A stretch of 64,000 nt of DNA from Candidatus Zixiibacteriota bacterium (lineage in GTDB: Bacteria; Zixibacteria; MSB-5A5; GN15; JAAZOE01). The translations under genes were made by a program, and so were the position numbers. This document shows positions 1-11,103 of the stretch, piece by piece. The first letter of the stretch is position 1. Each line of letters starts with the position of its first letter. Under the pieces are notes generated by a model. It was not told where the DNA came from. It searched no databases and saw nothing but the letters and a program-made list of their open reading frames with translations. The stretch spans positions 32,001 to 96,000 of the forward strand of contig JBDREQ010000066.1 in NCBI GenBank assembly GCA_043819555.1. Reading direction: 5' to 3'.

Positions 1-2
1 CA

Positions 3-515
3 GGCAATCCCCACGACCGTGATTTCAGGTCTATTTGCCGTCATGATACTCAGACCAGTTTTGTCGTTCAGCTTCGAAATGATATGCCGTTGGATATTGG
101 CGTCGTCTATTGGGTTTGCCTGGCATCGCCGTGTGTCTCGACATATATACCGTTCCACATCGGTAATGAGGTTTTTCCGGATTGGTATCTCGGCTCCCGC
201 GATGCTCCGACCGATTTGGAATTTGAGGAAAAACTGATCCAGCCCTTCCAGCATGATTACTCCAACGCCTTCTGGACTTTCAGCAATCTGCGCTATAAGG
301 CAGAAAAGAATTACAATAAAATAATCGAGTCTATTACTATCAAGCGTAACAAAGTCGAAAAACAAGCCTTTGATAATCAGGAATCAATGGAAAAATGGGC
401 AATTCAGATTTATGACAGCGACAAGAAAACGGCAATGGAAATACTGAATAATTATTCTCGGGGGATTTATCTATCATCCATCAGGGCCATGGGGGAAATT
501 ATTCCCAATAATTAG
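3..515 (+). CDS. C69-family dipeptidase, C-terminal part (runs off the window start)
   Basis: Frame is open from base 3: GNPHDRDFRSICRHDTQTSFVVQLRNDMPLDIGVVYWVCLASPCVSTYIPF...NAFWTFSNL, resembling C69 peptidase C-termini. Confidence 0.7.
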   Translation, partial: GNPHDRDFRSICRHDTQTSFVVQLRNDMPLDIGVVYWVCLASPCVSTYIPFHIGNEVFPDWYLGSRDAPTDLEFEEKLIQPFQHDYSNAFWTFSNLRYKAEKNYNKIIESITIKRNKVEKQAFDNQESMEKWAIQIYDSDKKTAMEILNNYSRGIYLSSIRAMGEIIPNN

Positions 516-535
516 TCCATAAAATCCTGACAAGT

Positions 536-564
536 AAAAAGCCGCCAATTTTTGGCGGCTTTTT
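536..564. terminator. Bidirectional intrinsic terminator
   Basis: AAAAA-GCCGCCA-atttt-TGGCGGC-TTTTT between convergent genes. Confidence 0.85.
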
Positions 565-584
565 CTTTAAGAATATTCCAAGAT

Positions 585-1868
<1,284 letters not shown>

Positions 1869-1895
1869 CTATATAATTCACCAATAATGACTCTA

Positions 1896-3059
1896 TCAGG
1901 CCTCTTTGGCCAGGATATCAGCCTTATCTGTTTTCTCCCATGTAAATTCATCAAGCTCACGGCCAAAATGGCCGTAGGCCGCCGTCTTCAGATAAATCGG
2001 ACGGTGTAAATCTAACATTTCATTTATGCCGCGCGGCCTCAATTCAAAATGTTTTACTATCAGTTCTTTTATGCGGTCTTCTTTGACCTTGTTCGTCCCA
2101 TCTGTCCATACCATAATCGATACCGGATCGGGAACGCCTATGGCATATGCAAGCTGGATATTGCATTTATCAGCCAACCCTGAGGCAACAACGTTTTTGG
2201 CGATATAACGAGTCATATAAGATGCCGACCTGTCAACTTTCGTGGGATCTTTGCCAGAGAAAGCTCCGCCGCCATGCGACGCCATACCGCCATAGGTATC
2301 GACGATAATTTTTCGACCCGTCATTCCGGTATCAGCCTGAGGTCCGCCAATAATAAACTTACCCGTCGGATTGATATAATATTTTGTTTTGGAATCCAGC
2401 ATTCCTTCGGGAATAACCGGTTTGACAACTTTATCAATTATTTTTTGACGGGCGACGTCAGTTATATGGTTTCCATCGGGGCTAAGGATTTCTTCGGAAT
2501 GTTGAGTCGAAATGACGACGGCGTCAACGCGGGCTGGCCGATTATCGATATATTCTACGGTCACCTGTGACTTACCATCCGGTCCCAAAAAACCCAATAT
2601 TTTCTTCCTGCGGGCCTCAGCCAAACGCATCGTTAATTTATGTGCCAGCATAATCGGCATTGGCATCAATTCTTCAGTCTCACGACAGGCATAACCGGAC
2701 ATCAAGCCCTGATCGCCGGCTCCTCCGGTATCGACCCCCTGAGCGATATCAGGCGATTGAGCCCCAATGGCATTTAAAATAGCGCATCCTTTATAGGAGA
2801 AGCCATACCTGGCGTCAGTATAACCGATATCTTTAATAATTTTGCGAGCCAACGATTGGATATCGACATATCCCGTCGTAGTTATCTCGCCGCCGACAAT
2901 AAGAAGTCCCACCGTTACAAAAGCTTCGCATGCGACCCGACCGTTCACATCCTGTCTCAACACATCGTCAAGAACGGCGTCAGATATTTGATCGCAGACT
3001 TTATCGGGATGGCCTTCAGTTACTGATTCCGATGTAAAAAGAAAATTGCCATGACTCAT
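1896..3059 (-). CDS. metK: S-adenosylmethionine synthetase
   Basis: [19 protein letters not shown] and [16 protein letters not shown] signatures. Confidence 0.98.
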   Translation of the reverse strand: MSHGNFLFTSESVTEGHPDKVCDQISDAVLDDVLRQDVNGRVACEAFVTVGLLIVGGEITTTGYVDIQSLARKIIKDIGYTDARYGFSYKGCAILNAIGAQSPDIAQGVDTGGAGDQGLMSGYACRETEELMPMPIMLAHKLTMRLAEARRKKILGFLGPDGKSQVTVEYIDNRPARVDAVVISTQHSEEILSPDGNHITDVARQKIIDKVVKPVIPEGMLDSKTKYYINPTGKFIIGGPQADTGMTGRKIIVDTYGGMASHGGGAFSGKDPTKVDRSASYMTRYIAKNVVASGLADKCNIQLAYAIGVPDPVSIMVWTDGTNKVKEDRIKELIVKHFELRPRGINEMLDLHRPIYLKTAAYGHFGRELDEFTWEKTDKADILAKEA

Positions 3060-3087
3060 ATAATTCTCCAGTGATTTTCACAATATA

Positions 3088-4062
3088 TTAAAAATGGCCG
3101 ACCTCAGATGAATCTCCGACATTGAGGCAGCGATAATCCCCGGTAACAATCGCTCGATGCCCGATTAACGAATCGGTCAATATTGAGTTGGTAACTTCTG
3201 CCTCATAGCCAATAATCGAATTCTTTACAATTGAGTTCCTGATTACTGCTCCGTCAGAAACGGAAACATGTGGTCCAATAACCGACCCTTCAACTACTGC
3301 CGAAGGCCCGATAAAAGTTGGCGGGATTATGACCGACCCTTCCCTGATTTCACTAAATGTCGTTTTCTCCAGCAAATGCCGATTGGTATCGATCAAAGTT
3401 TCTCGTTTGCCGCAATCAAACCAGCCTTCGACGGGGAAGGCGTTAAATATGGTTCCCTCTTCTATCATGCTCTGTAATGCGTCGGTTAATTGAATCTCAC
3501 CCCGCGTCTTTTGCCCGGAAACAATAAGTTTTTCCAAATGATTAAATAAAATAGAACTGTTTTGAATATAATACAGCCCAATAATGGCGAGGTTTGAGGA
3601 AGGATCAACCGGTTTCTCAACCAATCGATTGACCAAACCATGTTCGACATCGGCGATGCCAAATCTATGAGGATCAGCGACAGGCATCAGGCCCAATACA
3701 TTATCACCCTGCGACACGAATCGAGTCATATTGGCTTCAACAATAGTATCCCCCAGAATAATTAAAACCGGCCCGTCGGACGTTCCTCTGAGTCCCATAT
3801 GAACCGCATATCCTAATCCCAATAATTCCGTCTGATTTACGAATCGAGTTTTGATATTATAATGCTGAGTGACATATTCCTGAACTTTTTCGCCCAAAAA
3901 ACCAGTTATAATCGTAATCTCATCCGGATTTAATTCAATTAAAGAATCAAGAATATGCGCCAAAATCGGTTTCCCGGCGACATGCAAAAGCGATTTGGGT
4001 ATGGTATGCGTGTGCGGTCTCAAACGACTGCCAATTCCCGCGGCAGGAATAATTATTTTCAT
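3088..4062 (-). CDS. Sugar-phosphate nucleotidyltransferase (long-form glucose-1-P thymidylyltransferase-like, C-terminal LbH)
   Basis: PAAGIGSRLRPHT..PK, VEKP, GEIQLTDAL and WFDCG motifs; hexapeptide-repeat tail. Confidence 0.85.
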   Translation of the reverse strand: MKIIIPAAGIGSRLRPHTHTIPKSLLHVAGKPILAHILDSLIELNPDEITIITGFLGEKVQEYVTQHYNIKTRFVNQTELLGLGYAVHMGLRGTSDGPVLIILGDTIVEANMTRFVSQGDNVLGLMPVADPHRFGIADVEHGLVNRLVEKPVDPSSNLAIIGLYYIQNSSILFNHLEKLIVSGQKTRGEIQLTDALQSMIEEGTIFNAFPVEGWFDCGKRETLIDTNRHLLEKTTFSEIREGSVIIPPTFIGPSAVVEGSVIGPHVSVSDGAVIRNSIVKNSIIGYEAEVTNSILTDSLIGHRAIVTGDYRCLNVGDSSEVGHF

Positions 4063-4155
4063 TTCCGTCCTTGCCCTCCCTGTAATTTTTCGAAAGAATA
4101 TACGCAGTTCAAAGGAGAACGTAAATATAAATATTGGAATAAAACGGCCAAATGA

Positions 4156-4797
4156 TTAAGAAAACAACTGTTTTATCGATCCGCCCCAATCATCAATCAA
4201 AAATTGAACGCGGCCAATAAGCAGAGATATGCGAGCCATTACCGTATATCCAAAATGGGCGCCGAAAGATACCATTATAAACCAGATTCCAACCCGGGCA
4301 ACTCCACCCAAAACACCCTTGTGTTCTTTGGAAAAATAAAAATAAATTAAGGTCGTGACAACCCCGGCAACGATTATCAGGGAAAGAAGGAATTCACTCC
4401 ATCCCTGTCCTGGATCAAGCGAACGCATTGTCGCCTGTATTTGGGGCAGCACCTTTCCGTGAAGTTCGGAAATCAGAAATATGCCGGCCGTGGTGCCCAT
4501 AACAAATGCCAGTGAAATCCTGCTGATCCAGCTATATTTTTTTGTGAAGCGGGAAAACATCAGGACACCAAGTAAACCGGGGAAAATCAGCCACCATTTG
4601 CCCTGATCAATCATTGGATCGACAATCTGCTGCAAAATAACAGAATGCCAAACCAGCCCAAAATAATAACCTGACGTAAGTCCTGCAAAAATGTGCTCGG
4701 CCAATTTATAAAAAGGATTATCTTTATATAAAAAGGAAAACAACGACAGGGTCAAAAATGCTATAATCCATATCTGCAGATGCTCAATAAAGGTCAT
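4156..4797 (-). CDS. Conserved hypothetical polytopic membrane protein (DUF6754-module partner)
   Basis: About 6 hydrophobic helices; FSFLYKDNPFYKLAEH and FGAHFGYTVMARISLL motifs. Confidence 0.7.
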   Translation of the reverse strand: MTFIEHLQIWIIAFLTLSLFSFLYKDNPFYKLAEHIFAGLTSGYYFGLVWHSVILQQIVDPMIDQGKWWLIFPGLLGVLMFSRFTKKYSWISRISLAFVMGTTAGIFLISELHGKVLPQIQATMRSLDPGQGWSEFLLSLIIVAGVVTTLIYFYFSKEHKGVLGGVARVGIWFIMVSFGAHFGYTVMARISLLIGRVQFLIDDWGGSIKQLFS

Positions 4798-4820
4798 TTT
4801 ATCTCCTGCTATTCCGCATA

Positions 4821-5702
4821 TTAAGCTCTCCTGCGCCGTTGCGTGAAGAAAATGATATTACCGGCAATCACCGAACAAATAATGAATAGATGAACCAATG
4901 ATTGGGCTCCCATGCCCTTAGTGGCTTTATCCTTTTTATCAACCAAACGCTCATATTCGGCAGCCCCTTTCATGCCTCCCAAAAGACCAGTCATTTGTCC
5001 AGAACCAATATAGGCATAATAGCGGGGAGCCATAACTGCCGTCATACCGCAACCCACTTCAACATGGTATTGAGCATTTACAATTGAAATCCAATAATCG
5101 ACTATGCCATTGTCGGACACTACAAAGATAAAATCAATATCCTCGTAATTTTTAACATCTTTCATCATTGGAATTTCAGATAAAGGCGTTCCTGAATTAT
5201 CAGCCGGATAAATGACATCTATTGCGGTTCCCATCCCTTTTAAAACCGCTACATAATTTGCCTTATATCCTAAATTTACATAATCGACGCCATACTCTTT
5301 GCCGTATTTCTGGGCAATATCAAGAGTAACCCTCTCGGCAATAGTCGGGCCGCCCAATGGTATTGTGGTCATGGTAATAACCCGGCAGCTTTTGCCGAAG
5401 AGATGATGCAATGCGGCGGAGGACATCGGTTCCGTTTCCGGTAAAGCCGAAGCGTAATAATCAAAAGTCAATAAAACAATCGATGAATCAGGCAAATTTT
5501 CAACTGCGTCATAAAGCTGTCTGGATTCCGGGGATATCTCTATTGGGATATCGATAGTCATCAGAACGGGAAATATGACATAAAATCCCACGGCCAAATA
5601 TATAAATCTGTTGTCATCTGATTTATATGTCCTATAAAGCAGAAAAATCCCGATAATTACGAGTACAACATAAGCCATAATTTCCCAAAAAGACATAATC
5701 AA
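4821..5702 (-). CDS. Membrane-anchored conserved hypothetical protein (DUF6754-like paralog)
   Basis: N- and C-terminal TM segments around a soluble alpha/beta domain with YGVDYVNLGY and GLLGGMKGAAEYE. Confidence 0.7.
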   Translation of the reverse strand: MIMSFWEIMAYVVLVIIGIFLLYRTYKSDDNRFIYLAVGFYVIFPVLMTIDIPIEISPESRQLYDAVENLPDSSIVLLTFDYYASALPETEPMSSAALHHLFGKSCRVITMTTIPLGGPTIAERVTLDIAQKYGKEYGVDYVNLGYKANYVAVLKGMGTAIDVIYPADNSGTPLSEIPMMKDVKNYEDIDFIFVVSDNGIVDYWISIVNAQYHVEVGCGMTAVMAPRYYAYIGSGQMTGLLGGMKGAAEYERLVDKKDKATKGMGAQSLVHLFIICSVIAGNIIFFTQRRRRA

Positions 5703-6362
5703 TTATTTCCCCATATAAGTGCGCTCAATACCGAGCATTATGCGAAGCGCCATCGCCGCCGCCCCCAAAGCCGCACCGATAATAATGCCCCGCTGAACGG
5801 CCAAGTTGGCGCCACCCATAATATAGGTGTTAATGTAATTAGGTATCTCGTCATGGATACTCTTCAAGAATGCCTCCCCCATTGGAATTCTCCAAAGCAT
5901 AACCAAAACTGCCGTAATTAGAAGCAGGGTCGCTTCCGCATTTCTCGCGCGAAAGGCTCGAAAGGCGGCCGATGCTATATAAAATGCCAGCATGGCAAAC
6001 ATCGTTGACATAAGGGGGGCATTTAAATTATTGAAACACCACGTATGGATTGAATTTAAGCCATCACCAAATAACGGAGATATTCTTGACGGTAAAATTG
6101 CCGGCACCATCGTAATAAATACGGCCAATAGAGTAGCCAATTTATATGGCCAGTCAGTTCCTGTTCTTTTCACAATATTGAAATTTACACGGATAATCGA
6201 AACCACTCCCAGCAAAAGAGTAAATCCGCCGACTATGGTCACCCAGCTTAAAATTTCCGGCTCGAATCGTCCGAGCAGGCTTTCTTCGGGTCTAAAGAAA
6301 AACGAAACAACCATTAAAAGGCCCGATAGAAAAGCGATTATAATCGGTACCGTAGTTCTCAT
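5703..6362 (-). CDS. Conserved hypothetical polytopic membrane protein
   Basis: About 6 TM helices; FYIASAAFRAFRAR and RIMLGIER motifs; abuts both neighbours. Confidence 0.7.
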   Translation of the reverse strand: MRTTVPIIIAFLSGLLMVVSFFFRPEESLLGRFEPEILSWVTIVGGFTLLLGVVSIIRVNFNIVKRTGTDWPYKLATLLAVFITMVPAILPSRISPLFGDGLNSIHTWCFNNLNAPLMSTMFAMLAFYIASAAFRAFRARNAEATLLLITAVLVMLWRIPMGEAFLKSIHDEIPNYINTYIMGGANLAVQRGIIIGAALGAAAMALRIMLGIERTYMGK

Positions 6363-6364
6363 TA

Positions 6365-7339
6365 TCAGACACTTTCAAAAAGTAAATAAAACCAATCACC
6401 CACATCAAAACTTATTAGCAGGACACCCGCCAATATTAACACCACTAATAAAATCTTAATCCAATCCTGCCCTTTAAGACCGCCCAAAAGTAGCGGCTCT
6501 CGCGATAAATATGCCGAAGCGGCATAGAGTTCCTCACCCATCAAAGTATAATCGCAGGCGGCAATAAAAAAGGGTAATTGGGCCGGTTGGGCAGTGCCGG
6601 CAATTTGAATCGAACCGGCGGCATTTCCGGTTTCAGCCATCAGCAAGGATTCGGCGTAAAATGCACCCATATAAATATTCGTAGCAGGTTTTTCACGCAT
6701 CATATATCCATTGACATACGCCGCAAATGAGAAAGTTTCACCGGCTACATATCGAACCATATCCCGATCATAGGAATCCGGTTTTCCTTCTTCCATGTAA
6801 GCTTGCTGTACTACTTCCTGACCGGCGGCCAATACCATCGGATATCTGACCGGGACCATTAGAGGCGTCTCGTATCTGGCGGTGATGCGGGCAACTCTTC
6901 CCAAAATAGAAATCCCGGCAATTGTCTCTATTTCATCAATCTCATTTAGACCGGGAATAAATAGAACAGGTTTACCCATCTCAGTCGCGCGTCCAACGGC
7001 ATCTTCCACTTCATCGAGACCGTTAATTTTGCGTATATAAAGTTTTTTGCCTGCTTTTGCCCACTTTGTATAAATTAGGATTGCAATTGAGAAAACTATC
7101 ATTAAAATCAAAGCATTGATACGATCTGAACGAAAGGCCGATAACTCCTCCCCGCCGATATCTATATCTACCTCATCGGTCACCGCGGCAATGACCGAAG
7201 AATCGGACATTACAGAATCAAGAGTTTGCGCTGCGGATGAATCATTTTTAATTGTAATCACGGTACTATCGGCCAGAATTATTGCGGGAGAAATCAATAA
7301 GATTATAAAAAGTGGTACAAAAATGGCCATTCGATTCAA
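6365..7339 (-). CDS. DUF6754-like domain protein with signal peptide and TM anchors
   Basis: IRKINGLDEVEDAVGRATEMGKPV, ESLLMAETG, QLPFFIAACDYTLMGEELYAASAYL. Confidence 0.7.
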   Translation of the reverse strand: MNRMAIFVPLFIILLISPAIILADSTVITIKNDSSAAQTLDSVMSDSSVIAAVTDEVDIDIGGEELSAFRSDRINALILMIVFSIAILIYTKWAKAGKKLYIRKINGLDEVEDAVGRATEMGKPVLFIPGLNEIDEIETIAGISILGRVARITARYETPLMVPVRYPMVLAAGQEVVQQAYMEEGKPDSYDRDMVRYVAGETFSFAAYVNGYMMREKPATNIYMGAFYAESLLMAETGNAAGSIQIAGTAQPAQLPFFIAACDYTLMGEELYAASAYLSREPLLLGGLKGQDWIKILLVVLILAGVLLISFDVGDWFYLLFESV

Positions 7340-7570
7340 AGCGGTATATTCTCCAAAGTCTTGGGTCTTCCCAATTTATCAAATCAATGGTCAAAGTCAA
7401 CAGATATGAAATGGATTAAAATCAGAATTTCCAGCCAACTTGTCAATTTTGCCACTTGCTTCCTTACAAATTCCTGTTATAATTATAAATAGTACACACT
7501 TGAGAGTTACACATAATTACGTTTTTTGATAATCTGTCGATAACCAGATAAATAAGGATTAATTGGCTAT

Positions 7571-10495
7571 ATGAATAAAGCCCCGAAATTTCTAATAAAT
7601 CTGTTTCTTTGTCTCACTTTGAGCGGAATCGCCTCGGCTCAATTAAGTCAGGGTGGAATGCCTGTAAGCTTTAAGTATCCGGCTCTAAAAGCCCAATCCG
7701 CCGTTCCCACCGAGAGTATGCCGGATTTTGACATTGAGTATTTCTTGACTGAAGATTCGATTGAGCAGGCCGAGGGTGATATCCCATTCAGGTTTGGCGT
7801 CCCGTTTGACGTAAATCTCAATCTGGATAATTCCGGCGTTTGGGAAGATATACCAAACGGTGATCGTCTCTGGCGATTACGAATTGAATCATCAGGCGCA
7901 TATTCGATAAATTTAATTTATGATGACTATTGGCTGCCTGAAGGAGCCCAATTATTTATCTACAATGAATCCCATGATGGCGTTATCGGCGCCTTCACAA
8001 ATACCAATAATAAGGATCACGGCATGTTTGCCTCTATGCCTGTCAAAGGCGATGTTTGTTTTCTCGAATATTACGAACCGGACGCGGTTGCCGGACAAGG
8101 GCGGATTTCTATTTCGCGCGTTATCCATGCTTATAAAGATATTTTCAAGTTCTTTCAGGCTGGATTCGGTGGTTCCGGCAGTTGTAACATAAATGTCAAT
8201 TGCCCCGAAGGAGACAATTGGAAAAAGGATAGCCGCGCCGTCGCGATGATTATTCTTGCCAGCGGAACCCGCCTATGTTCAGGCGCACTGGTTAACAATG
8301 TCCGCTATGATGGGACACCATACTTTTTGACCGCGGATCATTGCCTGGGAATGGAATCGACCTGGATCTTCATGTTTAATTATGAATCCCCTGATTGTAC
8401 CAATATCGACGGACCGACCAACATGACGCTTCAAGGTTCTACTCTCAGGGCCAATTATCCCCCCTCAGACATGGCCCTGGTAGAAATCTCGGAAACTCCA
8501 CCGGCAGGATATGGAGTGTATTTTGCCGGGTGGTCGAATCTCGATCAATCCTCACAAACCTCAACGGCGATTCATCATCCATCGGGAGATATAAAGAAAA
8601 TTTCTTTTGATTACGATTCATTAACATCTACTGAATACGGCGAACTTGCCGGAGAGACTCACTGGCGTGTTGCGGATTGGGACCTCGGCACGACGGAAGG
8701 CGGCAGCTCCGGCTCACCTCTGTTTAATCCTGAACATCAAATAATCGGGCAACTCCATGGCGGCTACGCGGCATGCGATAATGATGATCCTGATTGGTAT
8801 GGTAAATTTTCCTACTCCTGGAATACTGGCAGCCAGCCTGATGAACAGTTGGCGTATTGGCTTGACCCCGATAATACCGGCCTAATATCTATGATCGGAT
8901 TTGATCCCAATACCGGATTAAATATTATCCACACCGCCATAGAAGATTCTCGAGATACTGTTAACGACTATTTAATTACGTGCGAAATCATTTCTGATAT
9001 TCCAATTAAACAGGAAAATACTTTTTTGAATTATTTTATCGGTGAGAATCCCTACCTGGAAACAATGGCACCGACCGGTAATCCCGACGAATTTACGGCC
9101 ATAATTCCCGCCCAAAAAGCCGGAACCAGCATATCATACTACATCTATACCGAGGATATAAGCGGCCATAAAGATTCAACAATTATGTTTGAATTTTACA
9201 TTGACTATACCCCCGAAATATTGGTTTCCGTCGAAACCCTGAACGAATCTCTCTGGATAGGAAATACCTCTCAACAAGAATTTACTATTGAGAATATTGG
9301 AAATGGAGACATCCTCTATAATCTCAAACTAAATCTTTTCCCCGAATCAAATCCCGCCTTGAAAGAGTTAATCGTCGGCGATAAGCTTCAGGCTCCCAGC
9401 CATAATTATCAATCCAGCTACTATGATGCAAAATCATCCAAAGATGAGTCAGACCCTCGCGTCGGTTACCCCGTCGATAAAAACGCGGGCGGACCCGACG
9501 ATTTTGGCTATATCTGGATAGATTCTGACGATCTGGGCGGTCCCACTTTCGATTGGAACGATATTTCTTCGACCGGGACCGATATAACCGCCGATTTGCG
9601 GGATGATAATTCTATTGGTCCATTCCCGATTGGTTTTGATTTTAATTTTTACGGCTTGACATATAGTCAATTCTATATTGGATCGAATGGACTGGTTGGT
9701 TTTAATTCGAACCAGCTTCATGCCTATTTTAATTCACCCATCCCTTCGGAGAATGTCCCTCACAATTTTTTGGCCTGGCTGTGGATGGATTTGGATATTA
9801 CCAGTCTGAATAATCCGGATGGACGAGTATATTATGAAACAATTGACGATCGCTTAATAATACAATTTACAGACTATCCGATGTACAGCGCAGACCCGGG
9901 CGATGTTGCCACTGCTCAGGTAATCCTCGATACCAGCGGAACAATAATTTATCAGTATCTTTCCTTTGATGGCAATTTTGCCGCCAATATTGCCGTCGTG
10001 GGCATTGAAAACAGCACCGGTACCGATGGACTGGAAGTGGTATTTAAAAATAATTATCTCAAAGATAATCTGGCGATCAGATTTACTCCGGTTGATTTAT
10101 GGTTTAATCTTGATAAGAAATCGGGAACGATTCTTCCCCAGGAATCTGATTTAATAGCCTGCGTGTTTGATGCTCTTGCGCTTGACCCGGGAGATTATTA
10201 TTTAGAATTAAATATTTTTTCCAACGATCCCAAACCGGAAAACAGCAATATCATTATCCCGGTCAATCTCAATATTGCAGAATTCCCTTATATTTGCGGT
10301 GATGCCAATGGCGATGAATTTGTTAACCTCGGTGACGCCGTTTTCATGATTACATATATTTTCAAATCCGGCACCAAACCGGATCCTATCGAGTCCGGTG
10401 ACGCCAATTGCGATGGCAATTCCGATGTCGGCGATGCCGTTTATGTTATAAATTATGCATTCAAATCCGGGCCTAAACCCTGTTGCCCCGAATAA
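7571..10495 (+). CDS. Secreted lysyl-endopeptidase-like S1 serine protease with accessory domains and C-terminal dockerin
   Basis: Signal peptide; CSGALVNN, LTADHC (His), TEGGSSGSPL (Ser); duplicated GDANGD/GDANCD..VGDAV dockerin repeats. Confidence 0.88.
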   Translation: MNKAPKFLINLFLCLTLSGIASAQLSQGGMPVSFKYPALKAQSAVPTESMPDFDIEYFLTEDSIEQAEGDIPFRFGVPFDVNLNLDNSGVWEDIPNGDRLWRLRIESSGAYSINLIYDDYWLPEGAQLFIYNESHDGVIGAFTNTNNKDHGMFASMPVKGDVCFLEYYEPDAVAGQGRISISRVIHAYKDIFKFFQAGFGGSGSCNINVNCPEGDNWKKDSRAVAMIILASGTRLCSGALVNNVRYDGTPYFLTADHCLGMESTWIFMFNYESPDCTNIDGPTNMTLQGSTLRANYPPSDMALVEISETPPAGYGVYFAGWSNLDQSSQTSTAIHHPSGDIKKISFDYDSLTSTEYGELAGETHWRVADWDLGTTEGGSSGSPLFNPEHQIIGQLHGGYAACDNDDPDWYGKFSYSWNTGSQPDEQLAYWLDPDNTGLISMIGFDPNTGLNIIHTAIEDSRDTVNDYLITCEIISDIPIKQENTFLNYFIGENPYLETMAPTGNPDEFTAIIPAQKAGTSISYYIYTEDISGHKDSTIMFEFYIDYTPEILVSVETLNESLWIGNTSQQEFTIENIGNGDILYNLKLNLFPESNPALKELIVGDKLQAPSHNYQSSYYDAKSSKDESDPRVGYPVDKNAGGPDDFGYIWIDSDDLGGPTFDWNDISSTGTDITADLRDDNSIGPFPIGFDFNFYGLTYSQFYIGSNGLVGFNSNQLHAYFNSPIPSENVPHNFLAWLWMDLDITSLNNPDGRVYYETIDDRLIIQFTDYPMYSADPGDVATAQVILDTSGTIIYQYLSFDGNFAANIAVVGIENSTGTDGLEVVFKNNYLKDNLAIRFTPVDLWFNLDKKSGTILPQESDLIACVFDALALDPGDYYLELNIFSNDPKPENSNIIIPVNLNIAEFPYICGDANGDEFVNLGDAVFMITYIFKSGTKPDPIESGDANCDGNSDVGDAVYVINYAFKSGPKPCCPE

Positions 10496-10926
10496 AAATC
10501 AATATACATAAATTTGTCTATTTGTTGCTTCCATATAATGAATAGCCAATATGGACTCATTTTTTTGTGTACCGGGTAAATCGATCTCGGAAGAGTATAT
10601 GAAGGAATATTTTTAGCTTGGAATTCTAAGGAAAATAAAACATGCGGCGTTTTCCACTTAGAACCATAGTATTTGGGAGGTGCCATAAAGGAATTCCCCG
10701 TCGCCCCCGGATATTTTCTGTATTTTTTTACCACAACTTGTAAATCGATATTCCTTTGCGCGTTACATCAAAACCTAATTTGATTGACTCTGATTTTTTC
10801 GCGTTTTTTCATTTATAATTGGATATAGCAATAAAAAATTGAAAGATTTATCGATTTTGAAGAACTTAATATATACATAAGAACCAAAAAGATTGAAAAA
10901 AAAGTAGGAAATTTCTTCATTTGGAT

Positions 10927-10951
10927 TAAACATTTTAGAATGCAAGGCGTC
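10927..10951 (+). promoter_or_regulatory. ECF-sigma-type promoter
   Basis: TAAAC-N16-CGTC followed by an A-rich start region. Confidence 0.5.
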
Positions 10952-10957
10952 ATAGAT

Positions 10958-11096
10958 AAAAAATTACTGAAGTATGCCCCCTAGTAGGGCCATTGCCCCT
11001 CAATGGCCCAACGGTTTGGCTTTGCCTACTAAAGGGCCAAACCAACCCCAGGCGGTCGCCAGCCCCCCATCCCTTGCGTGCGACCGCCCTTTTTTT
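10958..11096 (+). ncRNA. Candidate sRNA with three hairpins, C-rich loops and a U7 terminator
   Basis: Stems at 10987-11009, 11013-11043 and 11051-11088 followed by T7; GC-rich island in an AT-rich spacer. Confidence 0.55.
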
Positions 11097-11103
11097 AAAT
11101 ATT

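Noticed and set aside
3060..3090. SAM/SAH riboswitch upstream of metK or ahcY
   Set aside because: Intergenic gaps are only 28-42 bp and lack aptamer motifs.
10453..10734. 93-aa minus-strand ORF
   Set aside because: No recognisable motif or RBS, overlaps the protease end, and lies in an AT-rich spacer.
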